A DNA stretch of 64,000 nt, taken from NCBI GenBank assembly GCA_020137815.1, contig CM035359.1, forward strand, positions 7,440,001 to 7,504,000. The letters are read 5' to 3'. The notes beneath the pieces were generated by a model, which was not told the DNA's origin, ran no database searches, and saw only the letters and a program-made list of their open reading frames with translations. Each line of letters opens with the position of its first letter. Within the stretch, counting starts at the first letter, position 1. The DNA is from Hormiphora californensis. Taxonomy: Eukaryota > Animalia > Ctenophora. Of the stretch, positions 34,272 through 47,700 are shown piece after piece. A program made the translations under genes and the position numbers.

Positions 34272-37200
34272 CAAATTATTAAAATCCAACATCATCTACC
34301 TATTTACATGATTTAGAAACACTAACATACTCTATCTACAGGCTGCTTCGTGTGTAGTATGTGGGGAGAATATTGCCTCTCTGATGTGTGAAGTGTTCTG
34401 CTCCCCCGATCAATCTCAATACTTCAATATAGATGAAGTCTCCTCCTCCAATAATGCAGAGAAAATGAGGTAATTAATTATAGAGGTAATTAATGAGGTA
34501 ATTAGTTCCGAAGAAGAGAATTATAACTAATATTTTATACGCTCATCTGTCTAAACAAATATTAAAATACTATAAAAATAGTTCCCCTTCCCCCGAACAG
34601 TATCCATATTTCTCCAAAGACCCTGGAAAGCATCACAGAATCGTGTAGTAAAGACACATCCCTTAAAGACTACCTCTGTAGTAGCGGAGATGATTGTACT
34701 GACCCTGATGTCCTACTTGAACAACTTGAAATCAAGGTACAGATCACGAATTTAAACGATGGCGTACTTTGGTCTTTCAGAGGGTCCAATTGTCCAAAGA
34801 AGATATTTGTGTTCTAGAACTTTCCAAAGAAATTTCACATGCCCCTAATTGTGCAGTGTTGCCTTGCTCGACCCTCTCTCTCTCTCGTACCTGGTATGGT
34901 ACCGGTTAGAACATGTACATACTAGCTGGGTCCACTACAATCTCGTTATAGCGGTCTGAACTAATTCTCTTGTACATGATCCACACATCACTACATCATA
35001 ATTCTAACACATCTCCATCTTGAGATATACCAAGTACCAAGCTACTTTCATAACTCACTCTTTCTCCTCTAGATAAATACGATGACCAATACATCTCTGG
35101 ATCTAGTTCTAACAAGGTTTGGGGGTACTAAACTTGCCAGTCCTGTGACGTCACCATGCCATAAAGTTCACCCCGAAATAGGTGAGAAGCAGCTGTAGAA
35201 ACTATAGGAGCTGGATACAGGTTTACTTGCAGCTTCCCCAAACCTCTCTATACTACTATGTATTCTACTTTCTAGAGGATGCATGAACAATAAAATAAGT
35301 TCAAGACCTCTATATGTATCGGTATTTTGACACTAACCCCTCGTCCTCACCATAATCACTGTCACCGCTAGGCGAGGCATGTCCATGTGAGACGTGTGCC
35401 CTATCCTGTGAGACTACTCCAGACGGGTACATCCATGAGAAGGGAATGTGTCTAATGTATGGAACTTGTACTGTCGATGGAATGGAATACCCCTGCTTGG
35501 GTAAGTATACAGGGTGGCCCATAAATTATGAGGCCCGGGGTAAGTATATATGATGGCGTTATATGATGGCCCTATAGTGATCAGTGGGGTACGCACTACC
35601 TGCAGGGGTTCACATGTGAACCCCTGCAGGTAGTGCGTACCCCACTGCAGCCAGTAGTAAGTTAATGTTTGCACCAGAGAACTGAAGCAGGTGTGAACTA
35701 TTATAGACAGTCAAATCCCGATTTACCGTGGAGTCTGAGGATTGATTGGATTAGCTTAACAACCTGCTCACCCTGTACAGGCAACCAGGCATCAGTCCCA
35801 GAAACTGCAATAGTAGCAGAGGAACTAACTGCTATCTGTCCCCTTTACATTCACGAATATAATGGAACTAACTTGTGTTGTGACCAGGATACTATCACCA
35901 TGATGAGTGGGCTACTGAATCTGGCTAAAGCTGTAAGTGATATTATAAGACTTCTTTCTGCCCAATAATGGTTTAAATCCAATATGATGCACACAATTGC
36001 GAACACTGTACCGGACTACAACACTGTGAACAGTCATCAGTCATCACGAAATCCAATGAAGTAAATTTAACTATCTCCCCCTCTCACCCAGATTGAATGT
36101 GTGAACTGTTACCATAACCTTGCCAAGCTGTTTTGCAACGTGTTCTGCCACCCCGACCAATCCTTGTTCACAATGGCGCGAGAGGAGAAGAATGGAGCAA
36201 ATGGAAATATGGCAATTCCTACTTTTGGGTAATAAAACATCATTTAACCTGTCTAGCAGGACCTGTCTGGTGCCGCAGACCCCATCTGAGCGTACTGTCG
36301 CGCACTCAGATTTGAGAATAAAATAATATTTGAGAATCAAATCAGGATCTGGCACCGCCAGACAGAGCAGGATCGTTTTAATCATCAAATCAGTATTCGG
36401 TGAACAAGGAAGTCTGAACTCAAGACAATAATTTCATCTCAGGTACTTTGTCGAGGAGTCGGTAGGTCGAGAGTTGTGGAACTCCTGCAAAGATAACTCG
36501 GGTACCATTATTACGATAATCTGTCAGATGAAATATGGAAGGGCGTGTGATAATTATAAGGAGTTTGCAGTCGCTATAGGAGAGAGTCAAGCAACAAGTT
36601 TTACAATTAACTTTGAGTTTGCAGCTAGTGAGCCCTTTCAATTGGACAGCCCTGGACTGTTGGCATGTGATGAGACCTTCCAGGGTAGGTGGTAATTACT
36701 GATTAATTTACATAATTAACTGTCAATTAACTGTCAATTAACTGATTATAAATTAACTAATTATCAATTAACTAAATATCAATTAACTAGTTATGTATCT
36801 AGGATGACCAACACATTATAACAACACCACCTAACAGGTGAGTGGTGTGACTGTAAGGACTGTGAGGCAGCATGTAGGTCAGATGACGAACTATCCTCAC
36901 CAAAGAGGAATGTGCCTTCTCACTCCATCTGGTTTAGTTCCTGGTACCATGGCAACGAATGGTCCCAAGAATAACACCATTTGTCCAGGTATTATTTGTT
37001 CTATTACCCTCCCTTTACATTTGTTAAAGGTAGTCTAGCTTGGCAAGGTATCATATAATGAACAACATCACATTCTGTATTTTACTAGATACATGTATTG
37101 TCTCACTCTCCGTATGTCTCATTTTACTAGATACATGTATTGTCTCACTGTCTAGGTCTGTCTGGAAGGAAGGTGTGCTGTGACAGTGACGACTTTTCAA

Positions 37201-40200
37201 AGCTGCAGAGTGTCCTGGGGAAACTGGAGATCACGTGTCCTGCGTGCTCCCATAACATCAAAACGTAAACAAACAATGTTAATAAACAAAGAAACAAACA
37301 AATAAATAAACAAATCCTCAAAGTCCAAACACACCCTCTCTAATAATACAAATCCTCATGTATCAGGTTGATGTGTACAATTGTTTGCGGAGGTGACCAG
37401 TCCCTTTACACTACCATTAGCAACAACATGAAACAACAAACGGCCTTCCTAACTGCTGTAAGATCTGTAAAAAGAATAAAAATAGGGAAAGATTGGAGCT
37501 CACCTAAAATTCAAGATCCTAACTGAATTTCCGGAGACCATACAGTGATAATCATTCAATATGACGTATACAGTGATAATCATTCAATATGACGTATATT
37601 CAGGTCAGCACAGAGGAGCTATACGAGTCATGTTCATACCACACTGGAGAGTTGCAGACCGAGGAAGACGTTCTAGCTTGGATATCTACCATGTGAGTGT
37701 AATACTGTCAAACTGATGTTGAATCATCCAACTACCCGATATATACTTATTCTGTCAGCTCCTTTTTTAAGGTGATTTAAAGTATTGTTGATGGTCCTTG
37801 TCCCGGAGAGTGCTCTACTCACGGTTGCGAGGAGCTATTTACAAGTAAAACAAGGAAGTTTTAGTTCAACTGTTGAACTAAAACTTCCTTGTTTTACTTG
37901 TGATTTAAAGTATTTAATTCCAGAATGAACGATGTATACAAGGATGTTGGGTATACCTCTCAAATCAATGTGGACAGTTACCGACTACCGGTTACTAAAA
38001 GTGCACCCCTTTATGGTCTAGCTAACTGCTATGACCACGATCCACAATATAGGTACAGATAATAACTATTATCTAACTCGGGGGTAACTGGTGAGAGACC
38101 ATGTCGACCAGATCAACCACCTTCCTAGTCCTACTAGGTAACCATAGCAACCAGTCTCTCTTTCCTTCTGTAGGTGTGAGTGTGACTACTGCAAGAGAAG
38201 TTGTACAGATGATGGCTACCTCCACGCTCCCAACACCTGCCTGTTCTACGACATATGTGATACCGATAGTAAGAGTATTAATTAATTAATGGAGTTGATA
38301 AGTGATTACTTACTAAATTGGTATCAGATATAATAGGAACGGTGGTGGCGATTAACGATATTTACTTCCATAAACTACCAAGTGCCTTAATCTCCAGAAT
38401 TAAAATGTAAGCCATTTCCAATTTCTCAACAGGAGATTTCCCGTGCGTGAAGAATAATACAGCACCCTCCCTCCCAACTGCTGACATGATGGAACACCTG
38501 TCAGAGTATTGTCCTAACTACCTGGAGACACCAGTGTGTTGTACAGCTGAACAGCTTGGTAGCTTTCATCACCAGGGTGTCAGCTGCTAAAACTATTATT
38601 GGAGGGTAGGTTGTAGTTGAAACATATTGGGAAACATATACACGGCTATACAAATTGTATTATACACGGCTATACAATCACATAATCACACGGCTATACA
38701 CATCCCTCCTGTTCAGGTGTCCAGGGTGCTATTCAAACTTTGTGGACGTGTTCTGTAAACTGACATGCGATCCAAACCAGTCCCAGTTCCTACAAGTCAT
38801 CAGAGAGGAGGAAGGGGGAGCTGTTAGCAGGATGAAATACCACATAACTGAAGAGTTTGCAGTAAGTAAAAAACCGTTAGATAGTGTTATGTACCATACC
38901 AATTGTGTTCTCTCCCATTTTTGTTAACAAATCTAATACATCCAATTAACAACACGTCATGCTTCAACAAATCTAATACATCCAATTAACAACACGTCAT
39001 GCTTCAACAGAGGAAAACGTTTGACTCGTGTAAGAACGTACAGTATACTGGTCAGAGAGCTATCAACCTGATCTGTGACTCAGTGAACTGTGAGGAGGAC
39101 AAGTTTTATAATAGTCTGGGAATTAACAGTTACACAGAGTTGAGGGTGTACTACGAAGTATACACACCTGGGGGTGCAGGTGAGAATTAGAATTGATGCA
39201 ACAAGAACAGTAGTTGCTATGGTAACCAAGGCAGTTACTACGGGGTAACCATGAGTTGAGGGTGTACTACGAAGTATACACACCTGGGGGTGCAGGTGAG
39301 AATTAGAATTGATGCAAACAAGAACAGTAGTTGCTATGGTAACCAAGGCAGTTACTACGGGGTAACCATGAGTTGAGGGTGCAGGTGAGAATTAGAATTG
39401 ATGCAAACAAGCATCTCTCAACCATTTCTGTATCTCTCTCTACAGATAATATTAGTGAATGGTATAATGGTACAGGACAGGAACCGGTTTCTGGGGAAAA
39501 AGTCTTATCATGTGCTGACATCTTGAACGGTAGGTACTAGGTAGCATACAGGCAGTACAATGATTGGTCTGCACACCAGCTGAGTACGTACTACCCTTTA
39601 CCAGGAACCGACCGACACAAGTAAACAACCAATCAGAACTCGTTATTTAGGTCACGTGACTGGTTATCAGCCAATCAGGGACCAGTATTTCCTGATTCGG
39701 TCGGTTCTTAGTTCTTACCCTTTGCAGGAAACCAGACGTGTACGTGTGTGGACTGCCCCGCGGCTTGTGATGATGTAGATCCAATAATAGACGGGGACAG
39801 TACAGCTAGCAATCTCAACAAGTACTTCATTCCCCTAGCTCTGGTATGTGATAACTGTATAGCAACCATCTAGGTGACCATAGCAACCATCTAGGTAACC
39901 ATAGCAACCCTCTAGGTAACTGTAGAGCAACCATCTAGGTAACCATAGCCACCCTCTAGGTAACCATAGCAACCCTCTAGGTAACCATAGCAACCCTCTA
40001 GGTAACCATAGCAACCATCTAGGTAACCATAGCAACCATCTAGATAACCATAGCAACCCTCTAGGTAACCATAGCAACCATCTAGGTAACCATAGCAACC
40101 CTCTAGGTAACCATAGCAACCCTCTAGGTAACCATAACAACCCTCTAGGTAACCATAGCAACCATCTAGGTTGCCATAGCAACCCTCTAGGTAACCATAG

Positions 40201-43200
40201 CAACCCTCTAGGTAACCATAGCAACCCTCTAGGTAACCATAACAACCCTCTAGGTAACCATAGCAACCATCTAGGTTGCCATAGCAACCCTCTAGGTAAC
40301 CATAGCAACACTCTAGGTGACCATAGCAACCCTCTAGGTAACCATAGCAACCCTCTAGGTAACCATAGCAACCCTCTAGGTAACCATAGAAACCCTCTAG
40401 GTTGCCATAGCAACCCTCTAGGTAACCATAGCAACCCTCTAGGTTGCCATAGCAACCCTCTAGGTAACCATAGCAATCCTCTAGGTAACCTGGGCAGTGT
40501 TGACAGTGGCTGTGTTTGCTCTAGTCCGGTACAGGGCCCGGCTCCACCAAGGATTTACAATGGATGGCAAGGAAGATATACAGATGGATGATATGAAGAA
40601 GGAGAAGGAGGAGAGGAAGGAGAGTGCAGGGGTAGTGAGAGTTAACCCAGTCCAGGATTTTATCAGGTACAGTCCTGGCTTAACACTTGACTCACACACT
40701 TGATCTACCGAACCCTCGCATGAAATAAAATGCGGTGGAAGCCATGCATAGCTTGGACCCTCACACTGTTAGTTAGGTCTAATTCTGCTCATATCACTCC
40801 AACAACACCCCACCCTCAGGATGGTGTTTGCTAGATGGGCAGACTTCATCTACAACTACCCATTCCTAATTATCCTGGGTACTTTCCTAATGGTCGGTGT
40901 GGCATGTATAGGTCTCATCTTCTTCAAGATAACATATGATCCTGTGGAGCTGTGGACGGCACCAACTAGTGTCAGTAGGTTGAACAAGGTGAGAGATGAA
41001 ATATATGGGGGACATTGCTGAACAAGGTGAGGGGGAATATACGGGGGGACATTGCTAAACAAGGTGAGAGGGGGAATATATTAGTAGAGGCAATAATTAC
41101 ACTCACCTCCTCTGATTTCTATGAAACTTCTCCCATGCTAAGAGGTGGCAATAGAGGTTAAAATACCGCTGATTTTAAGTCTGAACAATGTTCGGTTCGT
41201 TAATTATCGCTAATTGAAAAACTCCAAAATGGCCTAAAATCGCCCTAAGTTCCGAATTGAAATTTTGGAGTTGAGACTCCAGACTTCGTGGAGATGTCCG
41301 CTAGGATGACAATATGCACCAAAATCGGACGGAAGCCTAAATTCGTCCGAATTCGGTACGAAAAGCCGGGTAGACTGCATTTTGGTCACGTGACATGGGT
41401 CCAAAATCAGTTTTTTGCCATTTACGCCTTTCCTGTACGTCGGAGACAAAAAATATGGCCAATACTTGTCATTTCCATCGCTTTCTGCATCTTTTAAGCC
41501 CCCTATTAATATCCCATACTTCAACGGTTCAGTAGTTAGAGTTTTTCAGGACACTAAATGACGTCACTTCTGAACCGTTGAAGTATGGGATATTAATAGG
41601 GGGCTTAAAAGATGCAGAAAGCGATGGAAATGACAAGTATTGGCCATATTTTTTGTCTCCGACGTACAGGAAAGGCGTAAATGGCAAAAAACTGATTTTG
41701 GACCCATGTCACGTGACCAAAATTCAGTCTACCCGGCTTTTCGTACCGAATTCGGACGAATTTAGGCTTCCGTCCGATTTTGGTGCATATTGTCATCCTA
41801 GCGGACATCTCCACGAAGTCTGGAGTCTCAACTCCAAAATTTCAATTCGGAACTTAGGGCGATTTTAGGCCATTTTGGCGTTTTTCAATTAGCGATAATT
41901 AACGAACCGAACATTGTTCAGACTTAAACTCAGCGGTATTTTAACCTCTATTGCCACCTCTTAGCATGGGGGAAGTTTCATAGAAATCAGAGGAGGTGAG
42001 TGTAATTATTGCCTCTACTATATAACATTGCATCATAGTACAACATGTGTTCCAAAACTAACAAAAAACTAACTAATTCCCACCAGGAGTTTTTTGAAGA
42101 CACCTTTGGGACGCCCTACCGGCCAGCTCAAGTGATCTTCACAGAGAAGAAACCAGCGGAGAACTTTAAAGTAGAGACTATAGATGGAGATACTGGGAAG
42201 GATTTAGAGCTTGAGTATAGTTCCATTTTCAGGTATAATTGTACAAAACACTATGGATTATTAGTCCACTACCATCTCCCCTTGGCCTTACACAAAGAGA
42301 TTCGTCAGGAGGTAGAGATCATTATAACTCCTCCAACACCCCCTTCTCTTCTCTTCTCCACCACCCCCTCCCCACTATAACAGGCCAGATATCATGGCTG
42401 AAATATTTGAGATAGAGAAGAAGGTGAAGGATAGTGTGAGATCTTTGCTGTGCGATGGGGACCATTGCAGGAATATCACACTGGCTGATGTGTGCTATAA
42501 ACCACTAGGTAACTAAGTGTGTAACACCAACAACTAATAGTTTCTGAGAGAATAGAACGAATGTATACTTTCTAAAATATAGTATTTGATCAACTCACCC
42601 CCCCCCCTTCCCAGGAGAGCACAACAAGACCCACCCTGTTAATAACTGTGTCGTAATGTCACCCTCACCCCCCCCCTTCCCAGGAGAGCACAACAAGACT
42701 CACCCTGTCAACAACTGTGTTGTAATGTCACCCTCACCCCCCCCCCTTCCCAGGAGAGCACAACAAGACCCACCCTGTTAACAACTGTGTCGTTATGTCA
42801 CCCTCACCCCCCCCCTTCCCAGGAGAGCACAACAAGACCCACCCTGTCAACAACTGTGTCGTTATGTCACCCTCACCCCCCCCCCCCTTCCCAGGAGAGC
42901 ACAACAAGACCCACCCTGTTAACAACTGTGTCGTTATGTCACCCTCACCCCCCCCCTTCCCAGGAGAGCACAACAAGACCCACCCTGTCAACAACTGTGT
43001 CGTTATGTCACCCTCACCCCCCCCCTTCCCAGGAGAGCACAACAAGACCCACCCTGTCAACAACTGTGTCGTTATGTCACCCTCACCCCCCCCCCCCTTC
43101 CCAGGAGAGCACAACAAGACTCACCCTGTCAACAACTGTGTCGTAATGTCACCCTCACCCCCCTTCCCAGGAGAGCACAACAAGACTCACCCTGTTAACA

Positions 43201-44570
43201 ACTGTGTCGTAATGTCACCCTCACCCCCTCCCCAGGAGAGCACAACAAGACTCACCCTGTTAACAACTGTGTCGTAATGTCACCCCCCCCTCCCTTCCCA
43301 GGAGAACACAACAAGACCCACCCTGTCAACAACTGTGTCGTTATGTCACCCTCACCCCCCCCCCCCTTCCCAGGAGAACACAACAAGACCCACCCTGTCA
43401 ACAACTGTGTCGTAATGTCACCCTCACCCCCTCCCCAGGAGAGCACAACAAGACTCACCCTGTTAACAACTGTGTCGTAATGTCACCCTCACCCCCCCCC
43501 TTCCCAGGAGAGCACAACAAGACCCACCCTGTCAACAACTGTGTCGTTATGTCACCCTTCCAATGGGACTTTACCACGTAAGTTATACCAACCTTGTTAT
43601 GATTTTTCATTTGTTTCGCCGTGCGAGTGTAGTGAAATAGGGTCGAGCAAGGCAACCAATACCAACTAATTTCTGCTATGTAATTATTGTAAACACTGGC
43701 CCAATTTGAACTGTTCATCTCCCGGAGACAGGCCAAACAGTTCAACTACCAATCATGTAACTATCATGTAACATAATACGTCTGTAACCATGACAACACG
43801 CTGTTATAACAGGTACAAGGGTGAGTTGCAGCCCTATGTCAATGAAACCTTTGAGGGGAGCTACCTGGAACAGATGTACGAGTGTGGGCAGGATAACATG
43901 AATACCAAGTGTTTTGGGGCATACCGAGGTCCCATAATGAAGAATGCTGTGTTTGGTGAGTAACGTGACGTCACAATGTGAGTAGTGACGTCATAGTGTG
44001 AGTAGTGACGTCATAGTGTGAGTAGTGACGTCACAGTGTGAGTAGTGACGTCATAGTGTGAGTAGTGACGTCACAGTGTGAGTAGTGACGTCACAGTGTG
44101 AGTAATGACGTCATAGTGTGAGTAGTGACGTCACAGTGTGAGTAGTGACGTCATAGTGTGAGTAATGACGTCACAGTGTGAGTAGTGTTGTCATGGATAT
44201 TACCATTTTCTAAGATTCGCAAAAATCAGACAGGAGGTTTTTGTATCAGATAAATTCCCAAGCGTCTTTCATGTTTAGCCTGTTATGTTCCAATATCTCT
44301 CTCTAAAGGTGGATACGATGAAGAGGGTACCACATCATATCTGAACACCAGCCGGGCAGTCATATTCACATTCGTTGTAACTGGACATATACAGAACAGA
44401 ACCGAGGCGTTGGCATGGGAACTGGCATTTAGTAACTTTATGAAGGAGCAGAAGAGTGATCTACTGGATATTAGCTTTAACTGTGAACGTGGCTTGGAGG
44501 TAAATAATTTGAGTCTTGCAAGTTTTCATTGCTCATAATTTACTTTCTTTCACTTTTTTCTCTCTCTCTC

Positions 44571-44621
<51 letters not shown>

Positions 44622-44642
44622 ATCTCTCTCACTCTCTGTATA

Positions 44643-44733
<91 letters not shown>

Positions 44734-47700
44734 ATCTCTCACCAGGATGAACTTGACAGAGCATCACATGCTGACATTATGACCATTGTCATTAGTTACA
44801 TTCTCATGTTCGTCTACGTGTCAACAACACTGGGAAAGATGTCCCGCTGGGCCCCATCCTGTATGATACAATCAAAGGTAACTAGGGGACGGTTACAATG
44901 GTTACTAGGGGACGGTTGCCATCACAGCATTCAAATAGTCAATAAATAGTAATTAAATAAAATAAATAAGGACTTTTAACCCCCCCCTCCCCCGTCTAGG
45001 TGTTGATAGGACTAGTAGGGGTCACCCTGGTGTTGGTCAGTGTAACATGTGCCCTCGGTATCACCTCCTACTGCGGTCTACCTGCCACTCTCATTGTCAT
45101 CGAAGTGGTTCCCTTCCTAGTGTTGGCTGTCGGTGTGGACAATGTCTACATTCTAGTTCAGGTAGGTTTTAACTTTTGAATCCTAGCTCAATTGTCCTAG
45201 AGATGAACTATGAAGAGAGTGAGAGAAGAAGAATATGTGTTTTAGTGTCTACAACGAAGGCTTGAAGAAACGAGGAGTCAGCGCCGGGAGGTGAACTTTG
45301 TTCAGAATATCATGAGAAACGTCCTGTCTGAAGTCGGGCCAAGTATGCTGATGAGTACTGCCTGCCAAATGGTAAATAGATCTAGTTAAGAATCTAATTT
45401 TTAAGAACCTTGTAATTTTCTACGTACTTTCTCTAACCGTCTCTTGACACGTCCTCACCCCCAGCTCTTTCACTACATTAGTATTTCTAAAACCTTCCCC
45501 TAACCCCCCCCCCCACCACAGGTGGCGTTTTCCCTGGGTGCTCTCTCTTCCATGCCCGCTGTACAGAACTTCGCCTGGAATGCGACCCTCGCAGTTCTAA
45601 TTGATTTCCTTCTTCAAAGCAGCATCTTTATAGTAATCCTGACTTGGGATACACGCCGGGAAATAGATCACAGGTAAATCCTGACTTGGGATACACGCCG
45701 GGAAATAGGTCACAGGTAAATCCTGACTTGGGATACACGCCGGGAAATAGGTCACAGGTAAATCCTGACTTGGGATACACGCCGGGAAATAGGTCACAGG
45801 TAAATCCTGACTTGGGATACACGCCGGGAAATAGATCACAGGTAAATCCTGGCTTGGGATACACGCCGGGAAATAGATCACAGGTAAATCCTGACTTGGG
45901 ATACACGCCGGGAAATAGATCACAGGTAAATCCTGACTTGGGATACACGCCGGGAAATAGATCACAGGTAAATCCTGACTTGGGATACACGCCGGGAAAT
46001 AGATCACAGGTAAATCCTGACTTGGGATACACGCCGGGAAATAGATCACAGGTAAATCCTGACTTGGGATACACGCCGGGAAATAGGTCACAGGTAAATC
46101 CTGACTTGGGATACACGCCGGGAAATAGATCACAGGTAAATCCTGGCTTGGGATACACGCCGGGAAATAGATCACAGGTAAATCCTGACTTGGGATACAC
46201 GCCGGGAAATAGATCACAGGTAAATCCTGGCTTAGGATACACGCCGGGAAATAGATGACAGGTAAATCCTGACTTGGGATACACGCCGGGAAATAGATCA
46301 CAGGTAAATCCTGACTTGGGACACACGCCGGGAAATAGATCACAGGTAAATCCTGACTTGGGATACACGCCGGGAAATAGATCACAGGTAAATCCTGGCT
46401 TGGGATACACGCCGGGAAATAGATGACAGGTAAATCCTGACTTGGGATACACGCCGGGAAATATATCACAGGTAAATCCTGACTTGGGACACACGCCGGG
46501 AAACAGGTAAGTGAAATACATGATGACCGAGACAAAGTTAAATTGGTCTGATGTTACTAAACGAATCAAAGTAACAAATTACAAAATGAATACATTCTTT
46601 TTATTCTTTTCTCTATTCAGTCTAATAATTGGGTACTGGGTAGTGTCTCAATTGTGTGTCTCAAACCGTCGGTGGGCCGTCGGTGAGGGTTCAGTAGATC
46701 AAGTGTCTTCAGCGCAATAATCTCGCCAATCTCCCAGTTAGAATCCAATTACTCCTCATTGTCACTACCACAGAATCTCCTCACCACACGTTTCACTACG
46801 CCCCACAGAGCCTGCCTCATACTGGCTTGTACCAGTATCAGTACCCAACTAACCAGTGTGGCATAGATTGGACTCGGGAGCATGAGAAAGAATTCCACAA
46901 ATTTTTGATTTCCCAGCCAGTGATAAAGGCGAAGGTAGATAGCCGGGAGTACGTCCGGATTAAGCGACCAGATGACATCTTCAACATTTATCACCACTAG
47001 CGCACCCATTGGGTGCGCCTCAAGTAAGGGCTGGTTCTTTTCGCCCCTTTCCACGTCAATAACACGGTTGCCATGGCAACTGAATTGATAAATATGGGGA
47101 CTGGCACTTTGAAAGTCATTCGAAAATATTTACAAACTTCCACTGGAAGTTCCAAAAGTGTAAATGGCAGCTTTACAGCTTTGGGTACATGAAGTGTTTT
47201 ATGAAGGAGTAGTCTGTCGCTTAGATACCGCCTAACGAACGGCCACTTCGACGTTCATCTCCAAATTATAATAGAGATAGTGAAGGAGAAGCATAATAGA
47301 TCGACAAGAAGTGTGGAGCAGACTATTCGAATAGTTAGGGCGATGTTTTCAAGTAGGGCAGCGTTACTACCATCAAGAAGGGGAGTGACCTCAGAATGGT
47401 TGTAGCTAAACCGTCGGTACAAAACACTCAGATATGCAACCATGGCAACAGAGACCACGATAATCATAGATTGTAAGAAGACCGCTAAAACCCCACTAAA
47501 AAGTATCGCGTAGTCAACTTTTACTCCGCAAAACTTTTTGATGTCGCATACCCGCATGATGACAGAAACAACCAAGGCTCCAATCCAAATACACCAAATT
47601 AGGGTTTTCAGCCGGTGACGTTGGACTTCATCTCTGTTGAAAATAGGTGAGGGACGGACGATACACAGAAGTCTAAAGACGTAAATGGATAGTAGGAGTG

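Noticed and set aside
32600-38600. Programmed frameshifting or insertion/deletion editing in NPC1
   Set aside because: No shared slippery motif, and similar indels occur in unrelated genes. Sequencing error is the simpler explanation.
41234-41868. Mirror-image ORF pairs here and at 48719-52360 as transposase genes
   Set aside because: Short, with no catalytic motifs. They are a by-product of the inverted arms.
43957-44187. Array of TGACGTCA (CRE-like) sites as an enhancer
   Set aside because: Explained by amplification of one 20-bp unit, with no independent evidence of function.
45597-46569. 300-aa ORFs on the minus strand (also 39835-40476, 42734-43117 and most of 57270-58214)
   Set aside because: They are translations of stop-free tandem repeats inside introns.
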